Below are positions 12,503-24,688 of a DNA stretch of 64,000 bases, piece after piece; position 1 is the stretch's first letter, and each line of letters begins with the position of its first letter. Origin of the DNA: Massalongia carnosa (lineage: Eukaryota); assembly GCA_965645245.1 (NCBI GenBank), contig OZ287087.1, positions 310,001-374,000 of the forward strand, read 5' to 3'. Made by a program: the position numbers and the translations under genes. The notes beneath the pieces were generated by a model, which saw only the letters and a program-made list of their open reading frames with translations, was not told the DNA's origin and did not search any database.

Positions 12503-14332
12503 TCAGCATCGAATATTCGGTGGTGCGCTTGGCGGAATCGCTAATGGATTAGTCAAGAAGTTATTCGGGTCATAAGTTTTCTTGATGCCAACGAGCCGAC
12601 AGACATTGTCCCCAAAATACGATGTATACGGATTTGTGGAGATGGTATGATCTGCATAGCCAGTATATGAAGCTTGGCTATATTATACTTGAATTAGCAA
12701 TTTTCCTCCGTCAAGAATAGCGATTTTATTGCCTACCCAACTTTTGGCCTTAAATATGACTCCAAGTCAGCCATCCAATCAAGATATGCCTGGTTCTGCA
12801 CCACATCATCTGATCCGTGGATCCGAAACTCCAAATGCGCGTAAGCCTGATCACGCCATGCAAATGCATCGCTCGTGCCTTGCACTGCTGGAAGATTCCA
12901 TGCATGCCACTCTCCACAGACTTGACTATCACCATCGAGACTCTCGATGCGGCTGACTACTTCACGTAGGGCCGAGTCTTGCAGCAGATTATCTTTCTGC
13001 ACAATAAACGACTTAGCAATGCGTCGAAAGCGGGGCCATGCCGGTGCCGAGGGTACGTTTTGCGCGGATGTCGTCTCATTATATTGGTATTGCTTGTAGC
13101 TGAAAATAGGAGTGAAAGGGTCTGGGGTAGAATTCATCAGAAATGCCAAAGGTGTAGGATCAGGGGTACAAGCGAAAAGGCCTCCTGGGGAGCCAAAGAG
13201 ACGCGATGCATCTGTACTGCAGTCTCCAGAAATACTAATGTTCAGTAAATGCGGAGTACTGATATGCAAGAGCCCCGACTTATTCATCAAGTTCTGAAGT
13301 TCGGCTTGATTCTTACCAAGATACCATCCTATTATCTCGACGTGATTGGTATACACATTAATCTGGGATGTGAAATGGGAATCTGCGAGTGGCGCCCACT
13401 GAAGAAACTGTTTTGCAACATCAAATGCTGTGGTGTCATTATATCCTTCCCAGTTAAGGTATAACATTGCCGAATTTGGAAGCGAGGTGAGCTTCAAGGT
13501 ATATTCTAGCGCAATGGCATAAGTGCCGCCGCCACCACCTAGCATGGCCCAGAACAGATCAGAATGGTTTGCTTTTGACGCATTGATGATCTTATGGGAA
13601 ACCGTCATCACTTTGATAGACTGCACGTACTCCACCGAAAGACCTAAAGCGCGCATGTTCATATTGAAGCCGCCCGCCGAGATGAGACCACCGATGCTAA
13701 CTGTTGGGCAAATCCCGCCTACAAAACTAGTGTTATAAGCGTCAAGCGCTATGTAAAGGGATCCTATGCGGGTGCCGGCCCCTACAATGGCTGTTTTCCG
13801 GTCAGGAGCAACTTCGACGTGATTGATATGAGCGATATCGATGACGATTGTACCATTCAGCGCAGAGTAGGCTTCGAAACTTCAAAACTCTTGGTTAGGA
13901 TGAGCTATTTGTAAACCGAATTCGAATACATACTGATGGCCTCCACCACGGACCACGGCTTTCAAATGGTTCTCCTGCGCACAACCCATCAAAGAAGAAA
14001 CCTCCTCTTCCGAGAAAGCATAGGTAATCAGCACCGGAAATTCATCGAAGCTACCTCGATGTCAGCAAAAACTAGCTACTCCAATAGGAGCAAGATAGAT
14101 ATTACTTGATCTTTTCACCAGTACGAGCATCAGTGTATGTGTCACTAGAAGGACAAATAATTCTTTTCGAAGCATCACCAAGATATGCAAAGGCTTTTGT
14201 GGCGCACTTTACTAGATCTGCAATGTCTGGTTTAGATGTTGAAACCGCTGATACACGAGGAACGGTTGAAAACAGTAAATACATCAAAATAGCCAGATGG
14301 TGGAATGTCGAGATTAAAGCGCAATTTTCCAT
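12503..14332 (-). CDS. Secreted FAD-linked oxidoreductase (FAD_binding_4 + BBE domain), multi-exon
   Basis: VRGGGH covalent-FAD motif; AGICPTVSIGGLISAGG; DLFWAMLGGGGGTYAI; C-terminal RLVGIKKTYDPNNF; hydrophobic N-terminus; start codon uncertain (14332 or 14284). Confidence 0.9.
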
Positions 14333-14712
14333 TTTGTTAAACATAACTGCTTGCGCTTGCATTTTGATGGATAACTTGAGAGCTGTTTTATCGAATGTCG
14401 CTTTTGGTTCTCCCGAATATATTTCGTTAAATTGTTTCCTGTAACTATTGGCGAGCTGCGGGAGCCTGCAGTTCAAATCTGCGAATACTATAAATCGCAT
14501 ATTCAAACGACCCGATCCATTTACTCAAAAAGGCGAGATACGGATGTTCGGCGACATAATTTTAACAGGGTAGAAAGCGCCGAATGTCGATTCCCTACCC
14601 AGCCTCAATGCTATATTTAGATGACCACCCGTTGACATTTCTTAACTAGACATATTACTTCGAGTATTTCCAAATTACTCAACACAACATTGACAGGCCT
14701 GTTGCAGAAAAT

Positions 14713-16311
14713 ATGGAATATGGGGAGAGTATTGCGACTACCGACATTCTCATCGTCGGAGCTGGTATCGGTGGACTCACTCTGGCAGCGATTTTACGCA
14801 AGCTGAACATCTCTTTCCTTGTCCTCGAGCGTAATGAGAAAATTACTCCCCAAGGCGCAGGCATATCGTTATCACCAAATGCGCTTCAGGTATTAGACCA
14901 GCTAGGCATCTACGATCAAATCGCAAAGCAAGGGCAGGATCTGCGGAAAATGCTTGTATACCATGGCACCCAAAAGTGGAGGGAGCTTGATTTCAGTCCC
15001 TTTCGCCATAAATTTGGATATGCCGTCTATGCAATTGAAAGAAGTCTTTTTCATCACCTGCTGTACGAAGCTGCCGGCGGAGAAGAGTTTGTATGCTTAG
15101 ATGCTAAGGTAAATGATCTCATCGATGATAAGTTCAAGTCATACGTAACGGTCAAGACCACAAATGGGAAGGAGTTCCGTGGAAAAGTGGTGGTAGGAGC
15201 AGACGGAATTCGCTCCGTGACACGAAGACTTTTAGCCACGAATGAAGGATTAATTTCGGCGAAAAACACAATTCGATTCACCGGTCGGGTTCATATGTCT
15301 GGATATACAGCGCCAATCCCTCATTTGACGGAGCAGGAAGTTGGAGTTGGGACGTGGATGCTCTATGATCGATCCATTTTAACCACTTGGCCTTGTAAAA
15401 ATAACAGACAATGGTACATTGGAGTCAAGGTAAGCTAGGAAATGAAAAATCCTCATGTTTGGATTCCGACCGATCTTGGCTGGCATAGGGAGTCAATCCA
15501 GCCGCGAAGTCTCCGGATGCGTCTGTATGGAACCAGACAACCACAGCCATGATTAACGATGTCTACGGCGACAATTTTCACCCTTTCACAGAAAGCGGAA
15601 AGTTTCAAGAAAGTAAGACCGCTTCGTCCTTTATTCACAATGACGACTGAGCACTCCACTAGTTGTCAACGAATCGGAGCGTGTAGTCGCAAGCAACGTA
15701 TTTACGGAAATTGAATTCCCTTCCATGTGCAGTGGTCGAGTTGCACTCTTGGGAGACGGTAGTTGCACCCCCCTGGTTTGCTCTTGGATTGTCAAGAATG
15801 ATATTCTAACCTGGACTCATTTGCAGCTGCTCATTCTATGACCTCGTTCTTCGGCCAAGGTGCATGTCAGGCAATAGAAGACGCGACCGAGCTCGCTAAC
15901 GTACTCTTCCCTTATTTCCATCCCGCTTCTTCAGTTCGAGGGCAGAACGTGGTAGAGTCCGAGGGCGATATGGACATAGCCGACCTCCTAAGTAGATACT
16001 CGGATGCACGCCGACCTCGTGCTCATAACATCGCAACTTTCTCAGCCAAGTACGCCCTATTTCATACTGCACAGCTGCCCTATGGATTGGGACCGTTTGT
16101 TCGAAGATTTGTTTATTCGTGGGCGCCCATCTGGTTTTTCGTGTGGTGTTTGGGGTGGCTATACGGATATCAGCCCACAATTCGTGCAGTAAGTCACACT
16201 CTCGGTTGACATTGCCTTGGCAAATACGACTTACTCACGAATGTATAGCTGCCGCTTCCAAAGTCGAGGAAGGGGGTAAAGAAGGATCCGGAGAAAGACA
16301 AAGGCGTGTGA
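14713..16311 (+). CDS. FAD-dependent monooxygenase (salicylate-hydroxylase-like aromatic hydroxylase), multi-exon
   Basis: IVGAGIGGL, VVGADGIRS, LLGD/AAHSMTSFFGQGACQAIED; last exon to 16311 predicted (otherwise stop at 16209). Confidence 0.9.
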
Positions 16312-16599
16312 TTTTGAGGCAGAAACGTAGCTTAAGGCATGTTGTTTTAAACTTGTACCGGGTATCGGTTCCGAGGCTTAGATAACCAGGTATAGTACTT
16401 AGACTCGGTACCTACCTAGACAACATCGGTAGGTAACGGGGTTGGTAGCTACCTAGGTACTACCTAGTAGGTAGGTACCTAGGTCGAGTTTGGTTCATGC
16501 CGCTTATCTAGGCATCCAGGTTAGGTACGATTCAAATTGCAGTCATATCAAAATTTATAGTACTTAGGTACCACTGAAGTGAAGAGTGAAAATCCAAAC

Positions 16600-17040
16600 A
16601 GTACAGTACCTGCTTAGGTTCGCTTCTCTGCAAACAATAAGTTAAATCAGAATGACGTCGAGTTCGTGAAGAAGCGCCTCTCTCGATCATTCGTTAACCC
16701 GATCTCGCCTCCACACCGAATTCTTTGAAAACATCCTTCGATCAACAGGAATACCTTTGGAAAGAAGATACTGATAGGCTCCCTGAATTTTGGCCTTCTG
16801 AGGTGTGTCGTAGTGAGCATTATACGATTTGGGAGGCATGATGTAAACTATTAAATGAATCGCTGATGATATTTTTGATGGAGCTCGGCAGGGGTAAACC
16901 TCGACAGTTATTTTTTCACCCGCCAACCCGCGTGAGGCAAGCTCAGAGTACAGATGTGCTGCGTAGTCAGCCTGTTAACCCGAAGGGGCTTAACGTTCAG
17001 TAAGGCTAACCCGAAGGGGCTTAGCCGGGCACGTCTGAGG
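16600..17040 (-). mobile_element. Degenerate DNA-transposon remnant: transposase-like N-terminus plus a terminal repeat related to the 56694/63203 MITE ends
   Basis: MPPKSYNAHYDTPQKAKIQG resembles fungal Tc1-type N-termini; 16950-17040 matches 56706-56766 in reverse complement. Confidence 0.45.
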
Positions 17041-17207
17041 CAACGTGCCAACAAGGCCAGAAAGCTTGCGACGAGGCAACTCCATACACGTAACTACTCA
17101 CTTTCTCTGTCTCTCTGTGCAACTAGCTGTACCACAAGGCTCTCTTGCTACCCCGCCCATTTACACAGTTCCTCTGACTAGTCTATTCTCCACCAGACAT
17201 CTGCAAA

Positions 17208-17700
17208 ATGACCAATTCTAGTACTACTTTCTCCCTCGAACATCTCTATCCTGGTGAGCGTTAACACCCATAGTTATAGACTCTACGCTCGTCGAATCCT
17301 CCACGTTATACTCATCAGATGATGATATACACGTCCTGAGCAAGACGGGCGGAGCTATAGTTCTAGCGCTCGGCAGCTCTCTTGTCTCCATATCTGGCAA
17401 TAGAGTTCGATAGAGTTCGGCGAACTGAAGAAGTGGCTATGAGGCTTGTGAAGCAATACACGGACATTCCGGTTCCTGATATTATTTTTTCGGCGTACAA
17501 TTCCGATGGGGGCACTCTAGGCATGACAATGGTTTCAGGTTCGCCCCCTCTGCCCTCATGGAACGGGCTCGATGAGCATACAAAGGAGCGCGTCTGCCGT
17601 GAAATTTGGGATATAATTGCGAAGTTGCGACAGACTCCCCAGCCCGCTGAGCTAGGCCACCTCTTCCAATGCTCTGCTGACGGCTCACCTACCTGTGATA
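17208..17700 (+). pseudogene. APH/choline-kinase-like phosphotransferase, 5' fragment
   Basis: EEVAMRLVKQYTDIPVPDI..MTMVSG..W..L..K..I..LR pattern; ends before the catalytic HxD motif, at AT-rich DNA next to the Helitron. Confidence 0.65.
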
Positions 17701-18112
17701 GCCTTATGATTTATTCATCTGATTTATCTCTTTCTTAATTTCTTTCTTAATTTCTTTTAATTTCCTTTCACTTTTATTTAAGTTTAATTTATCTAGATCT
17801 GTAGCTCTAGCAATACTATTATCTCTCTCAATATTTACAGACGAGACCGTGCCATCTTAGAACTGAGATTTTGGAACCGATTTCAAGTTTTTACGATCGA
17901 TACAATTTGTAAAAGGTTGTAAAGTCAAAACCACAGTATTATCTATTTAATTTAATATTCGCAGCTGTCACACTTGATTACCCGGACGGTAAATTTTTGA
18001 TAGCACAATAAAGTTGCTTTCTATTTTGCAATTGAATACAATTTCTAAGTGACATGATACCGTATATCATCATAAACTTACAGCTGGATTCGGAGGAACA
18101 TGAGTTATCATA

Positions 18113-18560
18113 TCATGGTGCGATCGCAGAATTACTTCCGGATATACAATGTTATCCGTTTTTCCGTCATTTTATTCCGGAAACAACACACACAATCGAG
18201 ACACATCCGTAACTCGAGATAATGCCACATATAACTGACCATGAGTAAAAGGAGGAGCTCGCAAATCGACTCCTACCGTGTCCAATGATTGACCTTGCGA
18301 CTTGTTGACAGTCATAGCAAAGCACAATCGTATGGGAAATTGTTTGCGACTTATGATCCAGGGCAACTCGCCTTCCGTGGTATTAAGAAGAGTCCGGGGA
18401 ATTAATCGCGTTTCACCGTTGAATTCTCCTCCCAAAATCTTTCCCTCTAGACAGGTCCGCGAAATGTGAGTAAGACGTAATCGGGTGCCGTTACAGAGAC
18501 CAAGTTTGGGATATAAATTCCGCAACAAAATAATCGGAGCTCCAAGTTTCAGTTGCAATT
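18113..18560 (-). pseudogene. Helitron PIF1 helicase C-terminus
   Basis: LRNL..GLCNGTRL, RKQFPIRLCFAMTVNKSQGQSL, FTHGQLYVALSRV; premature TAA at 18172 followed by TDNIVYPEVI. Confidence 0.92.
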
Positions 18561-19685
18561 GTGAATGTAATACGGATGGCGCTAGAGGGATACGTGATCG
18601 CCTATGGCGGTTGCGGGATTAACTAGCGTGGACCATGCCGTAGTACGAAGTCGCATAAGCCGTCGAGGCTGACACACTGCCATCTTACCCCGAAACTTCG
18701 GAGTTATTGTTATCACGTTCTTGACTACTTACAGATCAAACACCTGTCGAGGCCGTGGTGGTAGATTGCCATGGAGTGTAAGGCGGACTCCTGTGGAGAC
18801 GCCAAGGAACTCTATATGGGATCTACTGGCCTACTCGGAGCTACTGGATCTCTTGATGGTTCAAGAGAGGTAGCAGGAGGCACGGCTCGCTGGACGCAGC
18901 TTGAGCTAGGCTCCCCGGTGTAAACTTCAGCTTCAACCTTTATTACTACGTTGGTAGTGATGTCGGCTGAATGAACCTACATGACCTCGTTGTCTAGACC
19001 TTGTGTCTAGAGGCAGGTCCGCAGTGTAGCGAGGTATTCAGTCGGAGGTAACCTTCCATCACTAGGTAGTGGTGACGGCGAAATGAAGCTACATAGCCTG
19101 AGGCATGTAGTGAGGGATCTAGCCGGGGGTAGAATTGTTCTACCTTGCAAGGGAAGATCTAGAAGGCTGCTCGAGGCTGACTAGATGATCCAGCGAACGC
19201 CGAGTTCGTGGATGGATCCTGAGGGATAGTTGGATGTAATGCGATAAAGTCGGATGTGGATTGCAAGGCTGTAATGCTCGCAAGACTCCCAAGGCTTGCA
19301 AGGCTCCTAAGGTTCCAAGGCTCCCAAGGCTATAGGCTTGGGGTGAGTAGGATAAATATCAGAACGAATCTTGTAGTATTCGTTAGCAATTAGTCTTTAT
19401 TCTATGAACAACCTACGTTTGGGTCTCGGACGAGATCTCTTGGTCTAAGCACTTCCACATCCATTAGTTCTTTGGATCACGTATACTCTCGGAGACTAGC
19501 ACGTAGTAGCTATCTTCCTCCTCTCACGCTGAGCATTTCCCCTTTCGAGATCAGTGTCGCTCGTGATAAGCTTACTGGTCTCGTAGCCCATTACAATTCT
19601 AATTGCTCTCATACCCTACGGGTCAGCCAGCCCGTTTGGAGGAAGCTTAGCTAGTGGAGCCATCTGTTCTTGAACTCCGCAAACG

Positions 19686-20837
19686 ATGTCTTCAAGCTCT
19701 CGCCCTCGCAGGAATGTTCGGCAAGGTCCAACAAGATCTCCCCAGGCAGAAGATATTTCAAGGCCTGCGGAAGATACGCCGACACCAAGTACTGAGGAAG
19801 CTACGGGTCCTGCCAAATACACAGAGGAAGATCTGCAGAGAATCACAAAGCTCTGCATGGAGTCGTTCCTCCAGGCACAAGGCAGTCGACATGAAGGCCC
19901 CCGAGAAGGTCAGTTGAAAGCTCGGTTCCCGGATCTCTACTATGGGAAGTCCCATATGGAGTGTTACCATTTCTGCCAACAATGCGAAGACCACTTTGAC
20001 ACCGCCGGCGCCACTGGGTCTAACCGTACACCCTTTGCCGCATCTTTCCTTCGTGGCCGGATCAGCTTTCGTTGGCACCAGCACAAACGTCGAAGCCAAG
20101 GCGAAGAGGTAGGACCTTTGTCTTGGATCGAGTTCAAGGCTTTCCTTCGGAAGAATCTTGGAGACTCCAGGGCTTTTGTGGACGCAACCTGGAGTAGGAT
20201 CAAGCGGGACTCACAGTATCAACAAGAAGAAGTTCAGGATTGGGCTTCTCACCTGGAACATCTGCAATCTATACTCCTGGAGTTTGATGCTGAGGGAGCT
20301 CCAGAGGAGTCGGACCTTATCCGGTTCTTTCGTGAAGGCCTCAAGCCTTCGATAAAGGCCCAGATGGAACAACGAGGAAGGGAACTAGACAGTTGGGAGG
20401 AGCTGGTCGAAAAAGCGATCGATGCTGAGGCAAAAGCTAGCCTGCAGCCGCAATCGATCCTTCGTGAGATGGATCAGCGCTGTCCACATGGAAACCGGCC
20501 CGCTCATGCCACTGTGGCCAAACCCCAGACCTCTACTCGAGACCCTCGAGACGAGCCTAGCGAAAAGCCCAAACCGTCGGGTCCGAAGCAATTAAACTCC
20601 TCGCGCCCAGAGAACAGCGAGATTGCTGACAAGAAAGCTCGGAGAGAAAAGAAAAGGCAGCGACGTCTTGATCAAGCTCGAGATCGGAAAGGCTCGGAGT
20701 CCACTCCGGCCACCGGTGCCAACACTTCCAGCGGCACCAGCAAGGACTTGTCCCAAATCACCTGCTTCAACTGCAACCAGAAGGGACACTACTCAAGTAC
20801 TTGTCGCGAGTCCAAGAAGGACGCCTCAAAAAACTAG
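19686..20837 (+). CDS. gag: Gag with CCHC zinc knuckle
   Basis: CFNCNQKGHYSSTC; ends at slippery A AAA AAC TAG. Confidence 0.93.
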   Translation: MSSSSRPRRNVRQGPTRSPQAEDISRPAEDTPTPSTEEATGPAKYTEEDLQRITKLCMESFLQAQGSRHEGPREGQLKARFPDLYYGKSHMECYHFCQQCEDHFDTAGATGSNRTPFAASFLRGRISFRWHQHKRRSQGEEVGPLSWIEFKAFLRKNLGDSRAFVDATWSRIKRDSQYQQEEVQDWASHLEHLQSILLEFDAEGAPEESDLIRFFREGLKPSIKAQMEQRGRELDSWEELVEKAIDAEAKASLQPQSILREMDQRCPHGNRPAHATVAKPQTSTRDPRDEPSEKPKPSGPKQLNSSRPENSEIADKKARREKKRQRRLDQARDRKGSESTPATGANTSSGTSKDLSQITCFNCNQKGHYSSTCRESKKDASKN

Positions 20838-23800
20838 TATCGGTCTTGGCAACCTCCGTGCCTCCGACTGAAACTAGTAAGGAGGCTAATCTTGAGCGGG
20901 TTCCTTGTATTCGATATCCGGTCCGTTTGAGGAAGGATCAAGACGAGGTAGAAGCTTTGATAGATTCCGGCAGCGAGGTCAATGCAATGCACCCCGCTTA
21001 TGCCGCGAAACTAGGGCTTCGTGTTAGGGAAACAGATGTTGGGGCGCAGAAGATTGATGGATCTCACCTGGATACCTTCGGTATGGTTATCGCAGGGTTC
21101 TCGGTCGAGGATAAGCTAGGGAAGGTTCGATTCTTCCAGGAAACCTTCTTGTTGGCTAATATTAGCCTGGAGGTGGTCCTGGGAATACCTTTTCTTACAC
21201 TCAGCAGTGTGGATATACGGTTTCCAGAGCGAGAGCTTGCCTGGAGAACTTACACAGCTGCCGAGGCTTTACCAACAACCAGACGTGTGGAGATCATCGA
21301 TAAGGAAGAGTTCGCGGAGACGGTCCTTGGAGGAGACGATGAGGCATATGTGGTGCATGTAATGGCCGTAAGCAAGCCATCGTCCATGCCGATCCACTCC
21401 TCTCGCCAGGCCCAAGTAGCCTCGCTAGTGAGCGAGGAGGCCAATATCCCCGTTGAATATTCCGACTTCTCTGACGTTTTCCCCCCTAACTCTACAGCGG
21501 AACTACCGGAGCACACCGGCTTTAACGACCATCCTATCGATCTAGTAGATGGTAAGCAGCCACCTTATGGCCCAATCTACAGCCTAGGTCCTATGGAACT
21601 AGAGACACTGAAAACCTACATTGAAACCAATCTAGCCAGCGGTTTTATTAGGCCTTCTCAGTCTCCGGCTGGTGCTCCTATACTGTTCATCCGCAAGAAG
21701 GACGGTAGTCTCCGCCTGTGTGTGGATTATCGAGGACTCAATACCCTGACAATCAAGAATCGGTACCCGTTGCCCTTGATTGGAGAGTCGCTTGATCGAC
21801 TAGGCCGTGCCAAGCGATTTACGCAGCTAGATCTCACGAACGCGTATCATCGGATGCGAATTCGAGAGGGTGATGAATGGAAGACAGCCTTCAGGACTCG
21901 ATATGGTCACTTCGAGTATCAGGTTATGCCCTTCGGCCTTTCCAATGCCCCAGCTAGTTTCCAGGGCTATATCAACAAAATTCTAGCAGAGAAACTCGAC
22001 GTCTTTGTCATCGTATACTTAGACGACATCCTGATCTATACCGAGGACGTAGGCCAAGGCCATGTTGAGGCTGTTAAGTGGGTCTTGGAGAATCTCCGAA
22101 AAAACGGACTCTTTGCCAATCTAAAGAAGTGCCGTTTTCATCAAGATGAGGTTCGCTTCCTAGGCTACGTTGTCTCTGGCCAAGGAATTCGTATGGAAGA
22201 GGAAAGGATTGAAGCTGTCAAGAACTGGCCAGAACCCAAGTCAGTACGAGACGTCCAGGTGTTTATGGGATTCGCCAACTTCTACCGGCGGTTCATCCGG
22301 GGGTTCAGCAAGATTGCTGCTCCACTCACCTCAATGCTTAAAACAAACTTGGTAGCCAACACTGGGCCATCCCCAAAGGCAAGGCGCGGAGCGGAAGAAT
22401 CTTGTTTTCTAACTCCTGCCGCTAAGATAGCCTTTGCCCAATTAAAGCAGGCGTTCACTGAAGCACCGATCCTCCGACATTTTGACCTTGAGCGCCACAT
22501 CCGACTTGAGACGGACGCCTCGGGTTACGCCATAGGTGGCGTTCTTAGCCAGCTGGATATCGAAACCGGCCAATGGCACCCAGTAGCGTATTTTTCTCGG
22601 AAAATGATTCCTGCAGAAACTCGTTACGAAACTCACGATGGGGAACTACTGGCCATCGTTGAAGCCTTTAAGAATTGGAGGCATTATCTCGAAGGTTGTA
22701 AGCATGAAGTCCTCGTGCTTACAGACCACAACAACCTGCGGCGATTTATGGATACGAAGAGTTTAAGCCCCCGCCAGGTTCGCTGGGCGCAAGAACTCTC
22801 TCGTTACAATTTCCGCATCGATTATCGTCAAGGCAAGGCTAATGGAGCTGCCGATGCTTTATCTCGCTATCCTCAGAGGAGCCAAGGCGAAGAGGAAGTG
22901 CTTCGAGTTGAGAATACTCGAATCCTTCACCGATTGCAGTCCTCACTGACCAGCGCCAGCATCTCTGGTATCACTAGTACTCAGCATCTCACCCCTCCAC
23001 ACCACATCATTATCTGTGGAACGCACGTCTTCCCTCAACTACGTCAGTTTTGGGATACGCTCCGCCAAGACTTGACCTCTGAAGGTCCTTACAAAGTCAG
23101 CATTGGTGGCATGAGGTTGAGGTTGCAGGAGTTGCAGGAGGAAGATACCCAAGCTCAGACGATCAGAGCAGAGAAGCTTGGAAAAGATGGTTGGGAAGAC
23201 ACCGAGGGGATTTTGCATTATCAAAGCCTGCCTTATGTCCCTGAGATCCTCAGAACTGAGCTAATCAGTAGGCATCATGATGATCCATTAGCAGGACACT
23301 TCGGCATCGAAAAGACGCGAGAACTCATTGCGAGAAAGTACTTCTGGGAGACTCTCCGTCGCGATGTTGAGAGCTATGTCAAGGGTTGCGACGTCTGCTT
23401 ATCTTCTAAAGCGGTCAGACACAAGCCTTACGGAGACCTACAGTCACTGCCAGTGCCAACTCATCGCTGGAAAGACTTGTCTATGGATTTCGTGACGGGG
23501 TTGCCTGAATCTGCGGATTGGAAGCGCGACAGTTACGATTCGATCCTGATTATCGTCGACCGGCTTACGAAGATGGTGCACTATGAGCCAGTGCTAACAA
23601 CGATCACTGCGCCATTGCTAGCAGAGGTAATCATAGACGTGGTAGTTCGTCACCACGGCTTGCCCGACTCTATCGTCAGCGACCGCGGCTCAGTTTTCAC
23701 TTCCAAGTTCTGGTCTTCCTTGTGCTACTTTTTAGGCATCAAGCGACGCCTCTCTACCGCGTTCCATCCACAGACCGATGGGCAGACCGAACGTCAGAAC

Positions 23801-24688
23801 AGCACCATGGAAGCCTATCTTAGGGCGTTCGTCAACTACGAACAAGACGACTGGGCGCGCCTGCTTCCGATGGCTGAGTTCGCGTACAACAATGCGAAAA
23901 ACGCGAGTACTGGGCATACACCGTTCGAGCTCAACTGTGGCTACCACCCCCGTGTCTCATATGAGGAAGACATCGACCCCCGTTCCAGGTCCAAGTCAGC
24001 AAATGAACTAGCTGCAGAACTAAAGGACTTGATGGCTATCTGTAAGGAAAACCTTCAGCACGCACAAGAATGGCAGACAAAGGCCCACAACAAAGGAACC
24101 AAGCCACGGAGCTATGCACCTGGCGATAAAGTTTGGTTGAACAGCAAATATATTAAGACCAAACGCAATCGCAAGCTAGAGGCTAAGTTCTTTGGGCCAT
24201 TCCGTGTCTTGCAACCAGTGGGCAAGCAAGCCTACAAGCTGGAGCTTCCAAAGCGGTGGCGCATCCATGATGTCTTTCATGTATCACTGCTGGAGCAGGA
24301 CACCACAAGGAAGGGGCGGGTGGACGAGAAGATCGCGGAGCAGCTGGAATTCGAAGCTGGTAACGATGAGGAGTACGAGGTTGAAGGCATTTTGGATAGC
24401 GCGGTCTACGCCAAGGAGTCAGAAGCTGGCCACCTGCCAGGCCTCTACTATCTGGTCTCCTGGAAGGGCTATCCAGAGGATGAAAGTACGTGGGAACCGG
24501 CGGCAGCGATCAAACACCTACGGAAGATCGTCAAAGCCTACCATAAGGGTAACCCCACCAAGCCGACAGCAACCTCTCCTCCTATCGACACCGCACCGCC
24601 AATGGCTAAGCCGGCCGTTAAGCCTCAAGGCAAGAGGAAACGCGGCCGACAAGCTACCAGCACTCGGAGCAAGAAGGCGAAGAAGTAG
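20801..24688 (+). CDS. pol: Pol (PR-RT-RNaseH-IN-chromodomain), -1 frame to gag
   Basis: LIDSGS, YLDD, TDAS, HHCC, D-D-E, GPF, chromodomain YEVE..YLVSWKGY..TWEP. Confidence 0.97.
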   Translation: MSRVQEGRLKKLVSVLATSVPPTETSKEANLERVPCIRYPVRLRKDQDEVEALIDSGSEVNAMHPAYAAKLGLRVRETDVGAQKIDGSHLDTFGMVIAGFSVEDKLGKVRFFQETFLLANISLEVVLGIPFLTLSSVDIRFPERELAWRTYTAAEALPTTRRVEIIDKEEFAETVLGGDDEAYVVHVMAVSKPSSMPIHSSRQAQVASLVSEEANIPVEYSDFSDVFPPNSTAELPEHTGFNDHPIDLVDGKQPPYGPIYSLGPMELETLKTYIETNLASGFIRPSQSPAGAPILFIRKKDGSLRLCVDYRGLNTLTIKNRYPLPLIGESLDRLGRAKRFTQLDLTNAYHRMRIREGDEWKTAFRTRYGHFEYQVMPFGLSNAPASFQGYINKILAEKLDVFVIVYLDDILIYTEDVGQGHVEAVKWVLENLRKNGLFANLKKCRFHQDEVRFLGYVVSGQGIRMEEERIEAVKNWPEPKSVRDVQVFMGFANFYRRFIRGFSKIAAPLTSMLKTNLVANTGPSPKARRGAEESCFLTPAAKIAFAQLKQAFTEAPILRHFDLERHIRLETDASGYAIGGVLSQLDIETGQWHPVAYFSRKMIPAETRYETHDGELLAIVEAFKNWRHYLEGCKHEVLVLTDHNNLRRFMDTKSLSPRQVRWAQELSRYNFRIDYRQGKANGAADALSRYPQRSQGEEEVLRVENTRILHRLQSSLTSASISGITSTQHLTPPHHIIICGTHVFPQLRQFWDTLRQDLTSEGPYKVSIGGMRLRLQELQEEDTQAQTIRAEKLGKDGWEDTEGILHYQSLPYVPEILRTELISRHHDDPLAGHFGIEKTRELIARKYFWETLRRDVESYVKGCDVCLSSKAVRHKPYGDLQSLPVPTHRWKDLSMDFVTGLPESADWKRDSYDSILIIVDRLTKMVHYEPVLTTITAPLLAEVIIDVVVRHHGLPDSIVSDRGSVFTSKFWSSLCYFLGIKRRLSTAFHPQTDGQTERQNSTMEAYLRAFVNYEQDDWARLLPMAEFAYNNAKNASTGHTPFELNCGYHPRVSYEEDIDPRSRSKSANELAAELKDLMAICKENLQHAQEWQTKAHNKGTKPRSYAPGDKVWLNSKYIKTKRNRKLEAKFFGPFRVLQPVGKQAYKLELPKRWRIHDVFHVSLLEQDTTRKGRVDEKIAEQLEFEAGNDEEYEVEGILDSAVYAKESEAGHLPGLYYLVSWKGYPEDESTWEPAAAIKHLRKIVKAYHKGNPTKPTATSPPIDTAPPMAKPAVKPQGKRKRGRQATSTRSKKAKK

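Noticed and set aside
17208..17700. APH fragment as Helitron-captured cargo or a resistance gene
   Set aside because: It lacks catalytic motifs and the Helitron end is undefined; truncation by insertion is equally likely
17805..17820. TAGTATTGC (minus strand) resembling a CRESS-virus nonanucleotide
   Set aside because: One mismatch, no enclosing stem, and expected by chance in AT-rich DNA
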